A stretch of DNA of 64,000 bases from Chiloscyllium plagiosum (Eukaryota): assembly GCF_004010195.1 (NCBI RefSeq), contig NC_057724.1, positions 53,891,520 through 53,955,519 of the forward strand. The letters are read 5' to 3'. Each line of letters starts with the position of its first letter. The stretch's first letter is position 1. The notes under the pieces are model-generated. The model was not told the DNA's origin, did not search any database, and worked only from the letters and a program-made list of their open reading frames with translations. The position numbers and the translations under genes were made by a program. Of this stretch, positions 1 through 13,423 are shown in pieces.

Positions 1-274
1 CTGTGCTGGACCTGGTTGGGGGGTGGGGTGGGGTGGGGACAGGTGGAGGGCGGTGCTGGACTTGGTTGGGGTATGGGGTGCGCGGGGGGTAGCGCTGGAC
101 AGGGTTGGGTTCAGGGTCTCACGCGATGTGTACTTCTGCAGTCTCCTGAATGGGGAGCAGACTTTAAAAACTCCAAGCCCAGAGGAAAGGCATTTAATCG
201 ATTAACCCAATAATCGATTATCCGAACTAAATAGTGCCTGCCCATCTTGTTCGGATAATCGAAGTTCCCCTGTA
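1..274. mobile_element. Right end of a Tigger/pogo-like (Tc1-mariner) DNA element with G-rich interior
   Basis: Terminus GTTCGGATAATCGAAGTTCCCCTG followed by TA, subterminal inverted copy TCGATTATCCGAAC at 214-227. Confidence 0.6.
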
Positions 275-623
275 TAATACTTTGTACGTAAAGCTCTAAT
301 ACAGTAGTAGTGTGAACAATCTAGAAAAGAAGATGAGGTCAAGTCTAGGTACTGTTTGTTTCCACTCCATGAGCTTATGTTGAAGAGCTTCCAGCCTACA
401 CAACAGAACGATAATTCACGTATGTGATTACTGAGATCGAGGTGGAATTGTGAAAGGTCCAAAATGGATTTGCCATTTAAAAGGTTAAAAATTTATTTCA
501 TAAACTAACGGCAATCCTGCATTGAACTGTTTCAAGAAACATCTGTGATTTTAAAATGTCATAAATTAGTACCTCACAAAACCTTACGGTGTGTTTTGTT
601 CATGTGCTTTTTCTCAAAAAAAG

Positions 624-748
624 ATCATCAGAGTCCATTTGTGGAACCTCATACAGAACATCCTGAAGTGATAAAGTTCAATGGAAGCAGTGAGATTGTG
701 ATTCCATGCCGTGTTACAGAACCAAACCTGCAGGTCACCCTGCTGATG
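624..748 (+). CDS. kdrl: VEGFR exon ~4, Ig2 N-half (DHQSPFVEPHTEHPEVIKFNGSSEIVIPCRVTEPNLQVTLLM)
   Basis: aaag|AT acceptor, ATG|gtaaga donor, 125 nt, phase 1 to 0; resembles FLT1 PFVE...VIPCRVTSPN. Confidence 0.9.
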
Positions 749-3700
749 GTAAGACACAAACAAAAAAATCCTGTAAGTGCTTCAACAGATCCACACACAA
801 ACAAGTTATATAATGTAAAATGTCCTTCCAAGAAATATTATGTAAAAGCTGAAAAGGTTGGAAAGTAAGTCCAACAACACTTTTAAAAAGATTAAAGAAT
901 AATAACAAATTGGGTGTGGACTAAATCATTATCTGCCATTCCTCTTTTCAAATCCAGACTGCGTAATTTTGACATTTTCTGATTTTATTCCAGATTTCTA
1001 ACATTAACTGTTTCTCCATAAATGTAGATTGTTTTGTACCACTTAACATTTTGCTTTATGATCACCCCCAAGTAGTTATCCACTGGGAAAGTAACAACCT
1101 TTTTGAAATTATAACATTCCAATATTTGTCCCTGGGAAACACAAAGTTTCATGGTTCATAGTCTGTACTAATTTAACTGAACTCTGAATTGGCAAATGAG
1201 ATGGGACTATAAATCTGATATGCCACCTCGCCTGAGTCGGGCAAGAGTTTGCATTAAGTTGTCATGCATGCATATATTCACAATGCCTAAGATTTTTCTT
1301 AATTTAACTGTCTGAAGGTTGGGAGAAAGTAAGGTGTTGAATAGGCCCCAAAATTCATAGGTATTTGTGAATACTTGTATTAAATACTGGGTCCTGTGGT
1401 ATTAATGGAGAACATTCGCTTGCACAATGAATAGTGGGATCCTTCTGCTTCCATGGCTGTATTTTCATAATCTCATTCTATAGCAGGAGAAAGTAACTAC
1501 AAATCCATCAGCCCAGTGAGTTGTGAAGGAAGTGGATAAAATAATAAGAAAAAATGGGAGCAGCAGATACAGCGAAAGAGATAGAAACTGAATGGACAAA
1601 AGAAGAAAAAAATCCATAAACATTATATGGTCATCCTCTGTTGTCTATATCTCAGCTATGGTCTGACAATTTCAGTCAAATTCACTGTTTTATCACAAGC
1701 ACATAGCTAATAACACTTAAGAGTTGACAACTGTGATTAGAATTGACCTCAATTCCCTTGTCTAGAGGAGGGAACCCTTCCTCCTCTAGGCAATCACCCC
1801 AGGTGGATAATGAGGGTGTGAACATGATTGGGCTTCATTGTAATGCTTTCTATAGTCAAGTAGCTTTGTAACACTCACTATCTAAGCTTGTGTACAATGT
1901 TGTGGTGGGCTGAATATGCTCATGATGAAATATTCTGACGCGCCATCATCTTTAGGTCTGGAGAAGAGGAAATGCAAACAAAGAGGAGAAATTACAATAT
2001 AATGCAAACTTTACATTGAGAAAGAATAGATATTTAATATGATAAAATCTCTGATTTTATGCATTGATTATGCAAATAAATTAGTTGTGAATTCTGATTA
2101 TTTGAAAGCATTGGAAAAGATTGTTGTAGTCCCACGGCTATGTGAACATTTGAAAAATGAGGTGCACCACAATCTCTGTCATACTTTTCAATCCTTTACT
2201 GCTCAATCCCTCACTCTGCCAAATTTCTATCAGGTTCCTTCTAAACTTTGCCAACATTTTTCACCTCCAGTGTCTCCTGAGAGACACAAGCTGTTCCATG
2301 TATTCACCAACCTCTGAGAGTAACAATGAAATCTCAGCATTGTTCACTTCCTCTTTTCTGAACTTGAATTCAAACTTCTTACAAAGTTTATGATTACAGA
2401 AAACAAGGTTTTCAAGCTACCTATAATCCTCTACAATTTTGAATATACTGATAGTTTCCTTTTTTCTCTTCAGATTAGTATTTTTCATTTCTGCACATTC
2501 TTTTCAATGCTAAATCAAAATACCAATGCTGATGCCTGTGAGTATATTCTCCCAAATTACCACATCATTTCAAAAGGGTATAGTGATCAGCATAACACTT
2601 CAAGTAACTCTAGACTAGTGTTTGATGAGACATCTTTTGTTTGAAACATTAATTTGAAATCTCACCTACATGTGACGACAAACAAAATTTTATGGCAGCA
2701 CTTCTTAGTTAACATCCTGCCCTCAAGCAAGACTATCAAAACTAATTAATTGCTTTTTCTTGTAGTTTCTTATGTGTTCATTGGCTGTTCTTTGTATCCA
2801 CAAATGAAAGTGGTTACTTTTCAAAATATAATCTATTCGCTGTAAGACATGTAGTTGTCCTCAGACACTGAAAGATACTATATAAATGCAAGTTTTTATT
2901 TCTTTGCAATGTTAATTATTTCTACACACAGTGCAATAGACCTATAGACAAAATCCTACTATCTGTCCATGTTCTCATCATTTCACTTCTATCCACATTA
3001 AATAGAACTTCCCATTTGTCAATGAAAGCTCTTAATCGATCACTGTGAAAAATGATGTCGCAATGATTGATCCCTCTTTCTCTTGAGAAACAATTTTCTC
3101 CGATGCAGCTGCATCAGAAGCTTCCCCATTGGGTCAACTCGGTTCATTAAAATTTATAATGTACTTCATTCCCAATTCCACACACTCCACAAGATTTTGA
3201 AAACCTGAATCCATCTCAACCAATTGCTTCCCATTCCCTGCACACAAGTCAAACTGATCTCTTGTTATTCCATATTCCTACAAGTAATTCATTATTCCCC
3301 CGGTCAGAACTCCTTGTGCTACATGTATCAGCCTCACCCTGTTATATTCCCCAATTTATTGAAATGTTTCCACACCATTCCTGTTTCAAATCATTCCCTA
3401 ACAATGACCCACCACCTTTCAATTGATTTAATTAGCAACTACATTAATTATCCTATTGCAATCCATGCAGGATTGGTGCCTTTTTTAATGACATCAACAA
3501 CTCCATCCCACCTAGATATTAATTCTTAGAATTTTTAACATTTCCTTATTTTTTTCCCAGGCATCTGAATAGGGCTTCAAATATTTATTGATGTTGGGAG
3601 ATAGTTACAGGGGGGAAACTTACTACAATTCTGGCCAAAGTACAGTACTGACATCATAAATGTGCATGAGGTGGAATGGCTGTCTTCTGACCTGTACAGC

Positions 3701-4304
3701 AAATGACAGAAATTATTTTTAAACGTGATTAATATGTGTCATAATATTTGTTCTTAAACTGCTGTCATTATGTTCTACCTCTTCTGTGGCAGCTTGTATC
3801 TGAGTAATTGATACATTTGAGCTGGTTCCCAGGTCCCACTGTCTGAATGCTGCAGAGACAAGCTGTCTGCTTCCTGCTTCATAAGAGGAAGCGACAGGAG
3901 AGTTTTGTAGTCCCATTTACAAACATCCTCCGTCAAGCCTTAAAGTTTTACGAACTTCTATTCCAGGAAAGCAGGAAACTGTGTTTATGTTCTACTGACC
4001 TTTTCCTTTTGTGAATATTTCCCAAAGTATTGAGAAGTAATGCCGGTAATATTGCCTGGTGCCCATTCACCACTGTAAATCACAACAATGAACAAGTGTT
4101 GGATATGACTCCCCATCTTTGTAGATTAGCTGACCCCAGCTTGCATAAGAATTAACTCCACCAGAACCAGATAAGTTGCATTTTTGTCATCTACTATTGA
4201 TCATTTTAAAGTGGGGGATTTCTGCTGTAAGTTGCTTCTATGAGTGTAATAGAGGAGGATATGATGACACTATAAAGCAGGACATCTCATACCACATCCA
4301 ACAC

Positions 4305-4334
4305 ACCCAACACACACACACACACACACACACA
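4305..4334. repeat. (CA)n microsatellite
   Basis: Direct inspection. Confidence 0.9.
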
Positions 4335-4337
4335 TAT

Positions 4338-4548
4338 ATCTGGAATTAAGAGTCTAATGATCACCTTGAATCCATTGTCGATTGTTGGAGAAACCCATCT
4401 GGTTCACTAATGTCCTTTAGAGAAGGAAACTGCCATCTCTGACTGGTCTGGCCTACATGTGACTCCACACCCACAGCAATGTGATTGATAAATAGGTGTG
4501 GGCATTAAATACTGGGAGGCCCCGCAACCCATGAATGAAAGAAAAAAC
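4338..4548 (+). mobile_element. Old DeuSINE/SacSINE1-like SINE, 3' part
   Basis: cccatctggttcactaatgtcctttag...ggtctggcctacatgtgactcc...ccatgaatgaaag + A-rich tail; reverse copies at 38395 and 62995. Confidence 0.6.
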
Positions 4549-4859
4549 ACAGGGACCTAATATTCAACGAAGGGCTACAGTTTGACTGAGGTACAGAGGT
4601 CTGTTTCTGCTCATAGGCCCCAAGCCTGGAATAACTTTAGGCATAAATAAAGAAAAATGGTCAACCCTGCAAGCCAAATCTAAATCTTCCTCTGAATTCC
4701 TATATCTAATTGGAATCCAAATCTAAAACTCCGAATTGAAGTAGCATCCATTTCGTTGAATGTGGATGATGAGGTCATCTAAATAAATTTGGCAGACAAC
4801 AGAAAATGGCTCAGCCTCCAGAAAAGCTTTCATATGAAAACTACATGGCTTCAGCTCTT

Positions 4860-6720
4860 CAAAAATAGCTTTTCTCAAAGGTGTGGGGAGGAGGTAAGGA
4901 GTAAACAATAGGGAGGGACAGAGCCAAAAGAGAGAGAAGAACAGTCAAAGGAATCAATAATGATCTGGCTGGGAAGGTGAATAACTGTTAATGGGGACTG
5001 TTAGTGACTAACAATAGGCAGTGTGTAATGGCAGACTATGTGATAACAAGACTGGTTTGTGGGATAGGGGGCTAGGAAATGGAGGAGTTCAGGCCCTAAG
5101 ATTAGTGAACTCAATATTGAGTCCAGACAGCTGCAGAGTCCCCAGATAGAAAATGAAGTGTTCTTGCTCCAGCTTGCACAGAGCTTCAATGGAGCACTAC
5201 AGTATGCCTGAGACAAAAATGTTGGCCAGGGAACAGGGTGGTGTGTTAAAGTGGCAGGCAACTGGAGGCTCAGGGTCTTTTTTGTGGACAGAATGTGGTC
5301 ACCCAGTCTACGCTTCGTTTCCCCAATATACAGGAGATGACATTGTGAGCAGCGAATGCAGTAGACTAGATTGTGTGAAGTGCAGGTAAAGCATTGTTTT
5401 ACCTGAAAGGTATGTTTGGGTCCTTGGATACTGAGAAAGGAAGAGGTAAATGGACAGGTATTACACCTTCGGAGGTAGCAGGGAAAGGTGCCGTGGGGCT
5501 GCGGGGAGCTGCTAGGAATGAAGGAAGAGTGGGCCAGCGGGATGGTCCCTGCAAAAGATAGACAAAGGCGGGGAGGGAACATGTGTCTGGTGATGGCATC
5601 TTCCTGGAGGTGGCAAAAATGGTGGCTGATAATCTTCAGGATGAGATGCTGGTTGGATGATAGGTGAAGACAAGGGGGACATTATCGCTGTTGCGGAGTG
5701 AAGAGAGGGGGTGATGGCGAAAGTGTGGGAGATGGGTCAGACCCAGTTGAAGGCCCTGACAACAACAGTGCTGGGGACTCCTTGGTTGAAGAAGAAGGTG
5801 GACATTTTTGAGACTCCATTGTAAAAGTTGGCCTCATCGGAACATATGCAATGAAGATGGAGGAACTGGGAGAATAGAATGGAATCTTTACAGGAAATAG
5901 GTTGCGAAGATGTATAGTCCTGGTAGGTGGCCAATCTATCCCTTGAAATGGAAACAGAGACGTCGAGGAAGGGAAGGGGAACAAGTCAGAGATAGACCAG
6001 ATGGAAATGAGAGTAAGATTTGAAATTGGAAGCGAAATCAATGAACTTTTTCCAATTCCGGATGAGTGAGGGAAGCAGCAATGATGATATCATCGATATA
6101 TTGGAGAAAGAGTTGTGGGTGGGGGCCAGAATAGGACTGGAACAAGGAATGTTCCATGTATCCCATGGAGGGATAGGCATAACTTGGGCCCATACGGGTA
6201 CTCATGGCTACCCCTCTGACCTGAAGAAAATGAGAAGAGTTAAAAGAAAAGTTGTTGAGGGTGAGGATGAGCTCGGCCAAGCGGAGGAGGGTGGTAGTTG
6301 GTAGAAATGGTTCAGGCCTTTACTCCAGGAAGAAGTAGAGAGTCCTGAGACAATCCTGGTGGGGAATGGATGTGTAAAGGGATTGCACATCCATGATAAA
6401 GAGGAGGCTGCTGGAATCCGCAAACTGAAAATTCTGAAACTGGTGTAGAGCGTCAGAAGAATCATCAACGTACGTGGGCAGGGACTGGACCAGGAGAGAA
6501 AAGACTGAGTCTGTCTATCGTTTGTTCCTTCCCCCCTTCCCCCACCGTATCTTCTGCATCTAAACCAACATTTTCCTAGCTACCATCAATTCTGAGGAAG
6601 GTCACCGTGCAAAGTGTACCTTTGATTTCTCTTCACGCATTCTCCCACACGTGCTGAGTTTTTCCAGCAACTTCTGATTTTGTTTCTGATTCACAGCATC
6701 CGCAGTTCTTTCGGCGTTTA
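4860..6720 (-). mobile_element. Decayed Penelope-like retroelement (RT + GIY-YIG endonuclease), frameshifted
   Basis: Minus-strand ORF fragments ELILTLNNFSFNSSHFLQVRGVAMSTRMGPSYA, FLQYIDDII (RT) and FTCTSHNLVYCIRCSQCHLLYIGETKRRLGDH (GIY-YIG). Confidence 0.9.
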
Positions 6721-6764
6721 GTTATTCAAAGGTGTGACTGATTTTAATAAACTTGTGAGCTGTT

Positions 6765-7054
6765 TGTGCGAGAAGAAAGTTAGACCTGTTCCCACACCAT
6801 GTCTACAAATGAAAACTGAAATAACTCCATAGACGCTAATATCCTGTCACCATGTTTCCCTTTATTTCTGAGTGGAGAGTCCTTCACCTTGATCCAGCTC
6901 CCTCAAAAGCCAGTTCTCAGAACGAACAGGATGTCTGACATTCTTCTTTTTATCTGTCAGGCGAGGGCTCCCTAACTGGACCAGATTAACAGCTCCAATC
7001 AGGGAACTCATTACCTATGCGGTCCACCAGGCTAACTTTGTTACAACCACTACA
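6765..7054 (-). mobile_element. Possible solo LTR
   Basis: About 290 nt TG...CA-bounded segment with TTTATT (reverse polyA signal); resemblance only. Confidence 0.3.
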
Positions 7055-7741
7055 ACAACCTTTCAAAAGCTCAGTGAATGGATTTATTTTGGTGGGTGGG
7101 TTGATATAGATTGCAGTGTTGATAGAAAGCAAGACTGTTTAAGAATCCAGCTCAGCTAATCACTAGTTATTACCCAAGAGATACGAGGTTCAATCTTGCC
7201 ATGGGACACCCTGCAGTAATTGCCTGTGGCAGGGTTCAAACTGCTAGGCACCACTTACTGCTACCATATTTGGCAGACCCTGTACCTTGCTACAGAAGCT
7301 TCAATATTCATGCAAATTGATGTCCTCTGATACGCATAAGCACCAACTGTACTTTAGAAGGATGACTAGGTGATGAAGTGGAAGATGCTCAGAAACTGTG
7401 AGTAATAAATTATTTTCCTGGGGTCAGAAAGAGCAAATCAAATCTCCCCTTTGATTCTAATTTCCTGTTGGCTGATTCAGCCTATGAGCCAGATAAATGA
7501 ACTGAAAAGTGTTAGCCATGTGGAGCATGCAGTCACCAGTGGCAGAATAGTGAGTTCCATTTTGTCAGACTCATTCAAATAATTCATTATGCAGTTGATG
7601 CAATTTTCTTCCATCTTATTTAATTTCAATCCATCCCTCATTACATAGCAAACTCTCACAAAATGGACAAGATTTCCATCTCATATTGCACTAAAGGAAT
7701 CTTATAAAATGTCTTTTTAAATTATTTGAGTAGGAGTAAAT

Positions 7742-8057
7742 GGGGCGATACAGTGGCTCAGTGGTTAGCACTGCTGCCTCACAGTGCCAGGGACCCAGAT
7801 TCGATTCCAGCCTTGGATGACTGTGTGGAGTTTGCACATTCTCCCCGTGTCTGTGTGGAATTCCTCCAGGTGCTCCGGTTTTCTCCCACAATCCAAAGAT
7901 GTGCAGGTCAGGTGAATTGGCCATGCTAAATTGCCGATACTGATATGTGCATTAGGTAGGGGAATGGGTCTGGGTAGGTTGCTCCTCGAAGTGTTGGTAT
8001 GAACTTGTTGGGCCAAATAGCCTGTTTCCATACTGTAGGGAATCTAATTTAATCTAA
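7742..8057 (+). mobile_element. HE1-type tRNA-derived SINE (V-SINE)
   Basis: A box TGGCTCAGTGG, B-box-like GATTCGATTCC, core tgtggagtttgcacattctcccc, tail aatcta. Confidence 0.9.
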
Positions 8058-11000
8058 ATCCTCCATGACTAGAACACTTCAATCTGTTGTCATACTACTA
8101 AATGCTTATGCCTCCATGGAACAAGTACTTTACAGTCTGACACGGACTACCCCTTATTGACAAATTGTGCCTTTTCTGGCAGATTTTTGGTCAGACTTGG
8201 GGGAGGGGAGTGATAGACCAAACTCGTGGATTTGAACCTGATTTGCTTGGCCTGTAAATAACTGAATTATCTATTGAAGATTGAACACTTGCCATTATAA
8301 ACATCATAACTCTGCAAGCTGAATGAGGTATCCTCATGAAGTAAATGGGGTTTGACAAATTTATACGCGACAGGGTTATTTTATGCCCAAGGCCTCACAC
8401 TGTCATTTTAACTGGTCCCTAAACAGTGTTTACATCACAGCTGTCCTGCCAAGCTACAGCAGGTCAGCAGCTGGTGGGAAAGATGACGAGGTCATTCCAG
8501 GAATCAAAAAGAATAGCTTTTCTAAAACACCTTACATCACCTTTGACGTTGCACAATGCTTTACAGGCAATGTTTAATGTATGTGAAGGTACAGAAAGAT
8601 AAATATGACAGGCAATTTGTACATAGCAAATTTCTAAAAACAATAATGTGACACATGACTAAGTAATTTGTCTAAACTTTCAGTAATGGTAGTTGAGAGA
8701 TAGTGAATGTCTGGAAAACTGGGGGATTTCTCTTGCTTTTCTTTAAAGTAGAAGTTTCTACATCTACTTAAGATGATTTCAAATAGCAGAGATGTTCTGC
8801 AGTGCAGCACTCCTTTTACACTACACCAGATTGAGTGCACAAGTCTCAGGAAGAAATTCCATTGTGTGTTCAGGAGTGTTTCAGGAGTTCCTCTGCCCTG
8901 AGCTCTCACTCTTCCCTTTCACAAGTCAATCCCAAAACCCTATACCTGCTATTTGTCTTGAAACCAATGGGGACAGAATGGGCAAAAGTCCATCCAATAT
9001 ACCCTGCAGGCAACTATTCTGTGCCCTCTTATTGCAGTCGGATTGGCACCTTACAAACGTCGACCAGGAGTAAAACTTGCCAGGATGTTCTACGACTTTT
9101 TTTTAGGTGGGCAACTTAGTTTGTAAAGATGTGTAATTATCGGAAATGGAAATAGCTTTCTCATTATCTTCGGAACTAATATGAATCTATTCCAAAGTGA
9201 CTTGCAGTGCTACAGGATTTGTTGATTTAAGCAGGCACTCTGCCGTGCATCCAGATTGTTTGCTTATTGTTCCCCATGGCTTACCATGCACAGCTGTTGA
9301 AAGAATAATGAAAACCCATCAAAAAAGAACCAGTGTCAGATTGGGTCATTATTCTGTCAACTATCTTTTCAGCAATGATGTATCTTTTATGAAAGTTGTT
9401 TATTTTGATGTCCAACATATTTTTGAATCATAATAGGGCACAAACTGTCCCTCTTTTGGCAAAATGAAATAACAAAAAATTCAGCACTTTTTAATGTGAC
9501 AGGAAATTAATTTTATCATAAAGAGGGAACCCACTATTCATTACATTTTGATATTCAGATATGTATTGCCTCTCATGCATCAATTTAACAATTGATGACT
9601 GCCAATCCTAAGCAGGCAACCGAAAATTTTTCATTTGTGTACCTTTGCTCCTTGATAATAAACCCTGATTTGTAAAGAAGCATTTGATATATTTAGCTTT
9701 ATCTTCCCATATTTATTCATCAAGCGCTTTTTTGTTGTTAACCAATAGCCTAGCAATTTTTATTTCCAGTAACTGAAATCAGTGGTAGAAACAAAAAGAG
9801 TATATTATGTTAGTAAGCCATGGGTAATGTGATATAGATTTTTTGAGTGATAAATGGTGAAGATGGCATTGATGAAAATGGTCTGTACAACTTGGCTATA
9901 AATGTAGCACTTGAGTAGTCATGTAGAAAATTAACAAGCATTAAATGAGGATGGGGTGATAATTTATTCGCAATAATAGCAGATGTACAAAATAGATTTC
10001 GAATTAATGTAACTAATTCTTAGCTGAACGCTTGACTTTATTTGAATAGAATATAATATTTCAGTGATAAGTTAGTAGAAAGCGAACAAAATTTCGAGTA
10101 ATGAGGACTGTGTATTGCTGCAGTAGAAACATGTGATTTGTAAAATGCAAAGTATAAGACTGAGAGTTAGAACTTTAGTTGGGTATCGATTGCAGTTTTA
10201 CTTGGTTGCTATTTTGTGGGGGGGGGGGGTGCGGTAGAGGCTAATTTTGTATTATTCATCATGATCTAGGAAGTTATTGGATTTGGTCTAATATGAAGAC
10301 TGCTTGTGGTTCCCAGCCAATATGTCATCTGATTGAATTAGTTCAGTCACTTCCTTTACAAATCAAGAGATTTAACTGAGTAAACCTTAAATCCAAGACA
10401 GTGACAACATAGACAATGACTGACCAAACTTGGATTCTGTTTGAAAATATACCAGTTGGTGTGCCTGGAGATGCCAGAAGTTTGTAAAGAAACTGTGACA
10501 CATGCTGATGATTTAAGTGCTAATGTAGATTCACTATGACATGGTTGTATGGAGGTGTGCGAACACCTAAGTAAAACAAAATATGAAACTGTTAATGAAA
10601 TCAACCAGGTGGAGAATAAAACAAAGTTATGTACATAATATTCCGTAAATCTGTAATCCAAATTTATCAATGTTCTCATCACTCCAGAATAATGAATTAT
10701 TACTTTTCATTTCAACTGTATTCTCTATATTTCAATTAACATAACTGGATAAGAATAACTTGAAAAAAGGTCAACTTTACACAATGCAAATTATTAATAG
10801 GATTGCATTATTAAACAGTTCCTGAATGTAAATTTGATACCAACAATAAGCCCACTTGTTCTTGCTCTATTTTTCAACATAGGATTCTTAGGAAACCTGA
10901 AACAATCCTCTTATAAAGTGGACGTCCGTGCCTTCATGAAGTATCAATTTACCACATCTTTTAAAATATCAGACTAGAACGTATCATGTAAATGTTTGCT

Positions 11001-11356
11001 TGTCTAAGTGTCTGCCAGACATGCACCTGGTTGGTTCAAATGTCATATTTATTAGAAATTACCAATTTGAACTAAAAAGTTTACAAATGTACTGATGAAC
11101 AATTGAAGCTTATGCAAAAATTACAAATTGGTAGTTTGCTTCCTACTTACCATGTTGATTCAAAAATTAACAAAGTGTTCCTGCAAAACAACCAATGCGA
11201 CAGAGAAAGGGAATCAATGAAATCGCTCAAAATACTTTGGCAACTGGTTTCTAGCACAAAATACTGACAATGTTGTGGAAAAATGCATGAGATGTGGGAC
11301 TATGCATGAATGCTTGTTCAGATATTCACGCTGGGCCAAACCATCTCATTCACTTA

Positions 11357-11583
11357 CAGGTGGTTCTGATATAACGTATTAGCTGCATTCCTCTGCAACC
11401 ATGTGCAGTAGAAAACTGAGCTATGGGAAATCGCTGTTGAAAATAGTGCTGTAGAAGATTGCTCAAGAAAATCGCTATACGCATTCAGTAGAAAGTTCAC
11501 ATTATCCAAATATCATCCACAATTCGGCAAACATGTTACAGCCAAATCATGTTGATGAAACAGTATTATACCAGAATGGCCTA
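11357..11583. mobile_element. Tigger-like MITE
   Basis: TA|CAGGTGGTTCTGATATAA ... TTATACCAGAATGGCCT termini; inverted sister copy at 31833-32060. Confidence 0.7.
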
Positions 11584-12926
11584 GAAACAATTTTCTGTTA
11601 TTCTATGATCTTATCTGTCCTATCCGCATCAGTATCAGAAGAAATTACATTGAAATAGACTTTTAACATATCAAAAAACATAGTTCACAGATATCTTCAT
11701 ATTTATTCATAGAATAGTCCATGTTCTCATGAAAATATTTCCTTTCAGTTCTGACTGCAAGGATTTATCCTTGTTTGGGAGCTCAGGGCCCAACTTTTCA
11801 TTGTTTAGCTTTGATTCCCCTCTTGTTATTTGTTGGATGGCCATGCAAGAGAAAAGTATATACAAATAGGGCACGATGGAGACCATTCAGCCTGCATATT
11901 TGTGGATCAATAACTATCCTTCCCAATTTCACTTTCCAGCTCTCATTTTACCGATCTAAAGATTTCAGCAACCACAATTGTATATCCAAACTATAAGTGC
12001 AATCAAGATAATTTTGTGATTGTTTCATAATTGTATAGTTTTGAATTGTGAATGGTTGGAACAACTGCTTTTGAGTACGTGTATATCTGAAAAGTTACTG
12101 TCAGAAAGTGTGATATTCTGGATTGTATTTCCATTACTCAAGTTTAAAGGAAGCTATGGAAATGATGCGAAGATATGAATAAAAATCCTGAAATTACTGT
12201 GCTAAGCAGAAACTCAGTTACATTAAATTGTAAACATCTGTAAGAGAAACAAACAAGTTTAAATTCAGTCAATTTTTTTCTATTTTAAATTTCTTTGTTT
12301 TCACTAAAAATTCTAAATGTGTCAGCCATTCTAATCTTGGTAGAATACAAATAAGTTTCTTCCAGTTACTTGCAGAAACATTATAAAAGCAAATAATGAA
12401 AATATCCTTTTTTTATTCATTTTTCAAGAAAAGGCAAAATAAAATATCTACATTTGCACCCTCATTTCAAATTAAAACAAAAAGAGGTTGGTTAAAATGT
12501 GACTGTTCTCTTTAAACTTACGTAATTCTGTTCAGATTTGTTTTTACATTATAGCCAAGACCTTTGGCTTATCAAACTATCTGTTTTCTGGTATAGCAGC
12601 ATTTCAGTACAATGGTTAACTTGACAATGGTGGCCTGGCCATTCAGAAATAATTTGTGTCACTGAATAAAGCAGGTATTTGAATGAACTCAGAGCAGGAT
12701 ATCTGTATGAAATATCATGTTCATGGTTACACAGGAGTGCACATAAACATACTTACATCCGTCTATGATGCATGCAAAGTTTCTTTTTCTGAACCTACAC
12801 AGCAAGCAAAAGACACCCCTCCAGGTAATTTTCCAAACTCAAATTATTAAAAATATTCCATTTTCTTCCCGAAACTCCACCTTAAGTTGTCCTCACCTTC
12901 AAGTACTGCAGGGTGTGCCAAGTATG

Positions 12927-13314
12927 AAGTTGAAAATCACACAACACCAGGTTATAGTGCAACGGGTTTATTTGGAAGCACTAACTTTGGAGTGCTGCTC
13001 CTTCGTCAGGTGGTTGTGGAGTATACAATTGTAGGACACAGAATTTATAGCAAAAGTCTACAGTGTGATGTAACTGAAATGATATGTTGAAAAAGACCTG
13101 GATTGTTTGTTAAGTCTCTCATCTTTTAGAATGGGCACATTGGTTTCAGTTTTTTCATATGTAAATCTTTCTTGAAGTTACATTCTCAAGTGACAACCAC
13201 CTGATGAAGGAGCAGAGGTCCAAAAGCTTGTGCTTCCAAATAAACCTGTTGGACCAAAATCTGGTGTTGTATGATTTTTAACTTTGCACAACCCAGTCCA
13301 ACATCAGCACCTCC
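12927..13314. mobile_element. Palindromic Penelope-derived element with decayed hammerhead motifs in both arms
   Basis: Arms ~12927-13017 and ~13193-13284 are inverted; CTGATGAAGGAG..CAAAAGCTTGTG. Confidence 0.75.
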
Positions 13315-13423
13315 AAAAATACTCCATTTACTTCCTGAAGCTCCACCTTAAGTTGTCCTCACCTTCAAGTAATGCAGGGTGTGCCAAGTATGAAGTTAAA
13401 AATCACACAACACCAGGTTATAG

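Noticed and set aside
1758-1793. Hairpin CTAGAGGAGG/CCTCCTCTAG as miRNA or terminator
   Set aside because: Stem too short for a pre-miRNA; no supporting context.
5001-6468. Functional or domesticated Penelope protein
   Set aside because: Multiple frameshifts and stops split the RT and endonuclease.
7742-7815. tRNA-like A/B boxes
   Set aside because: SINE head; no cloverleaf, continues into the SINE body.
7691-8031. Recurrent similar ORFs (also 22141, 28041, 46353) suggesting a small gene family
   Set aside because: They are chance translations of HE1 SINE copies.
12849-13423. Repeat-spacer pattern as CRISPR-like array
   Set aside because: Vertebrate DNA, only two long copies, no cas genes.
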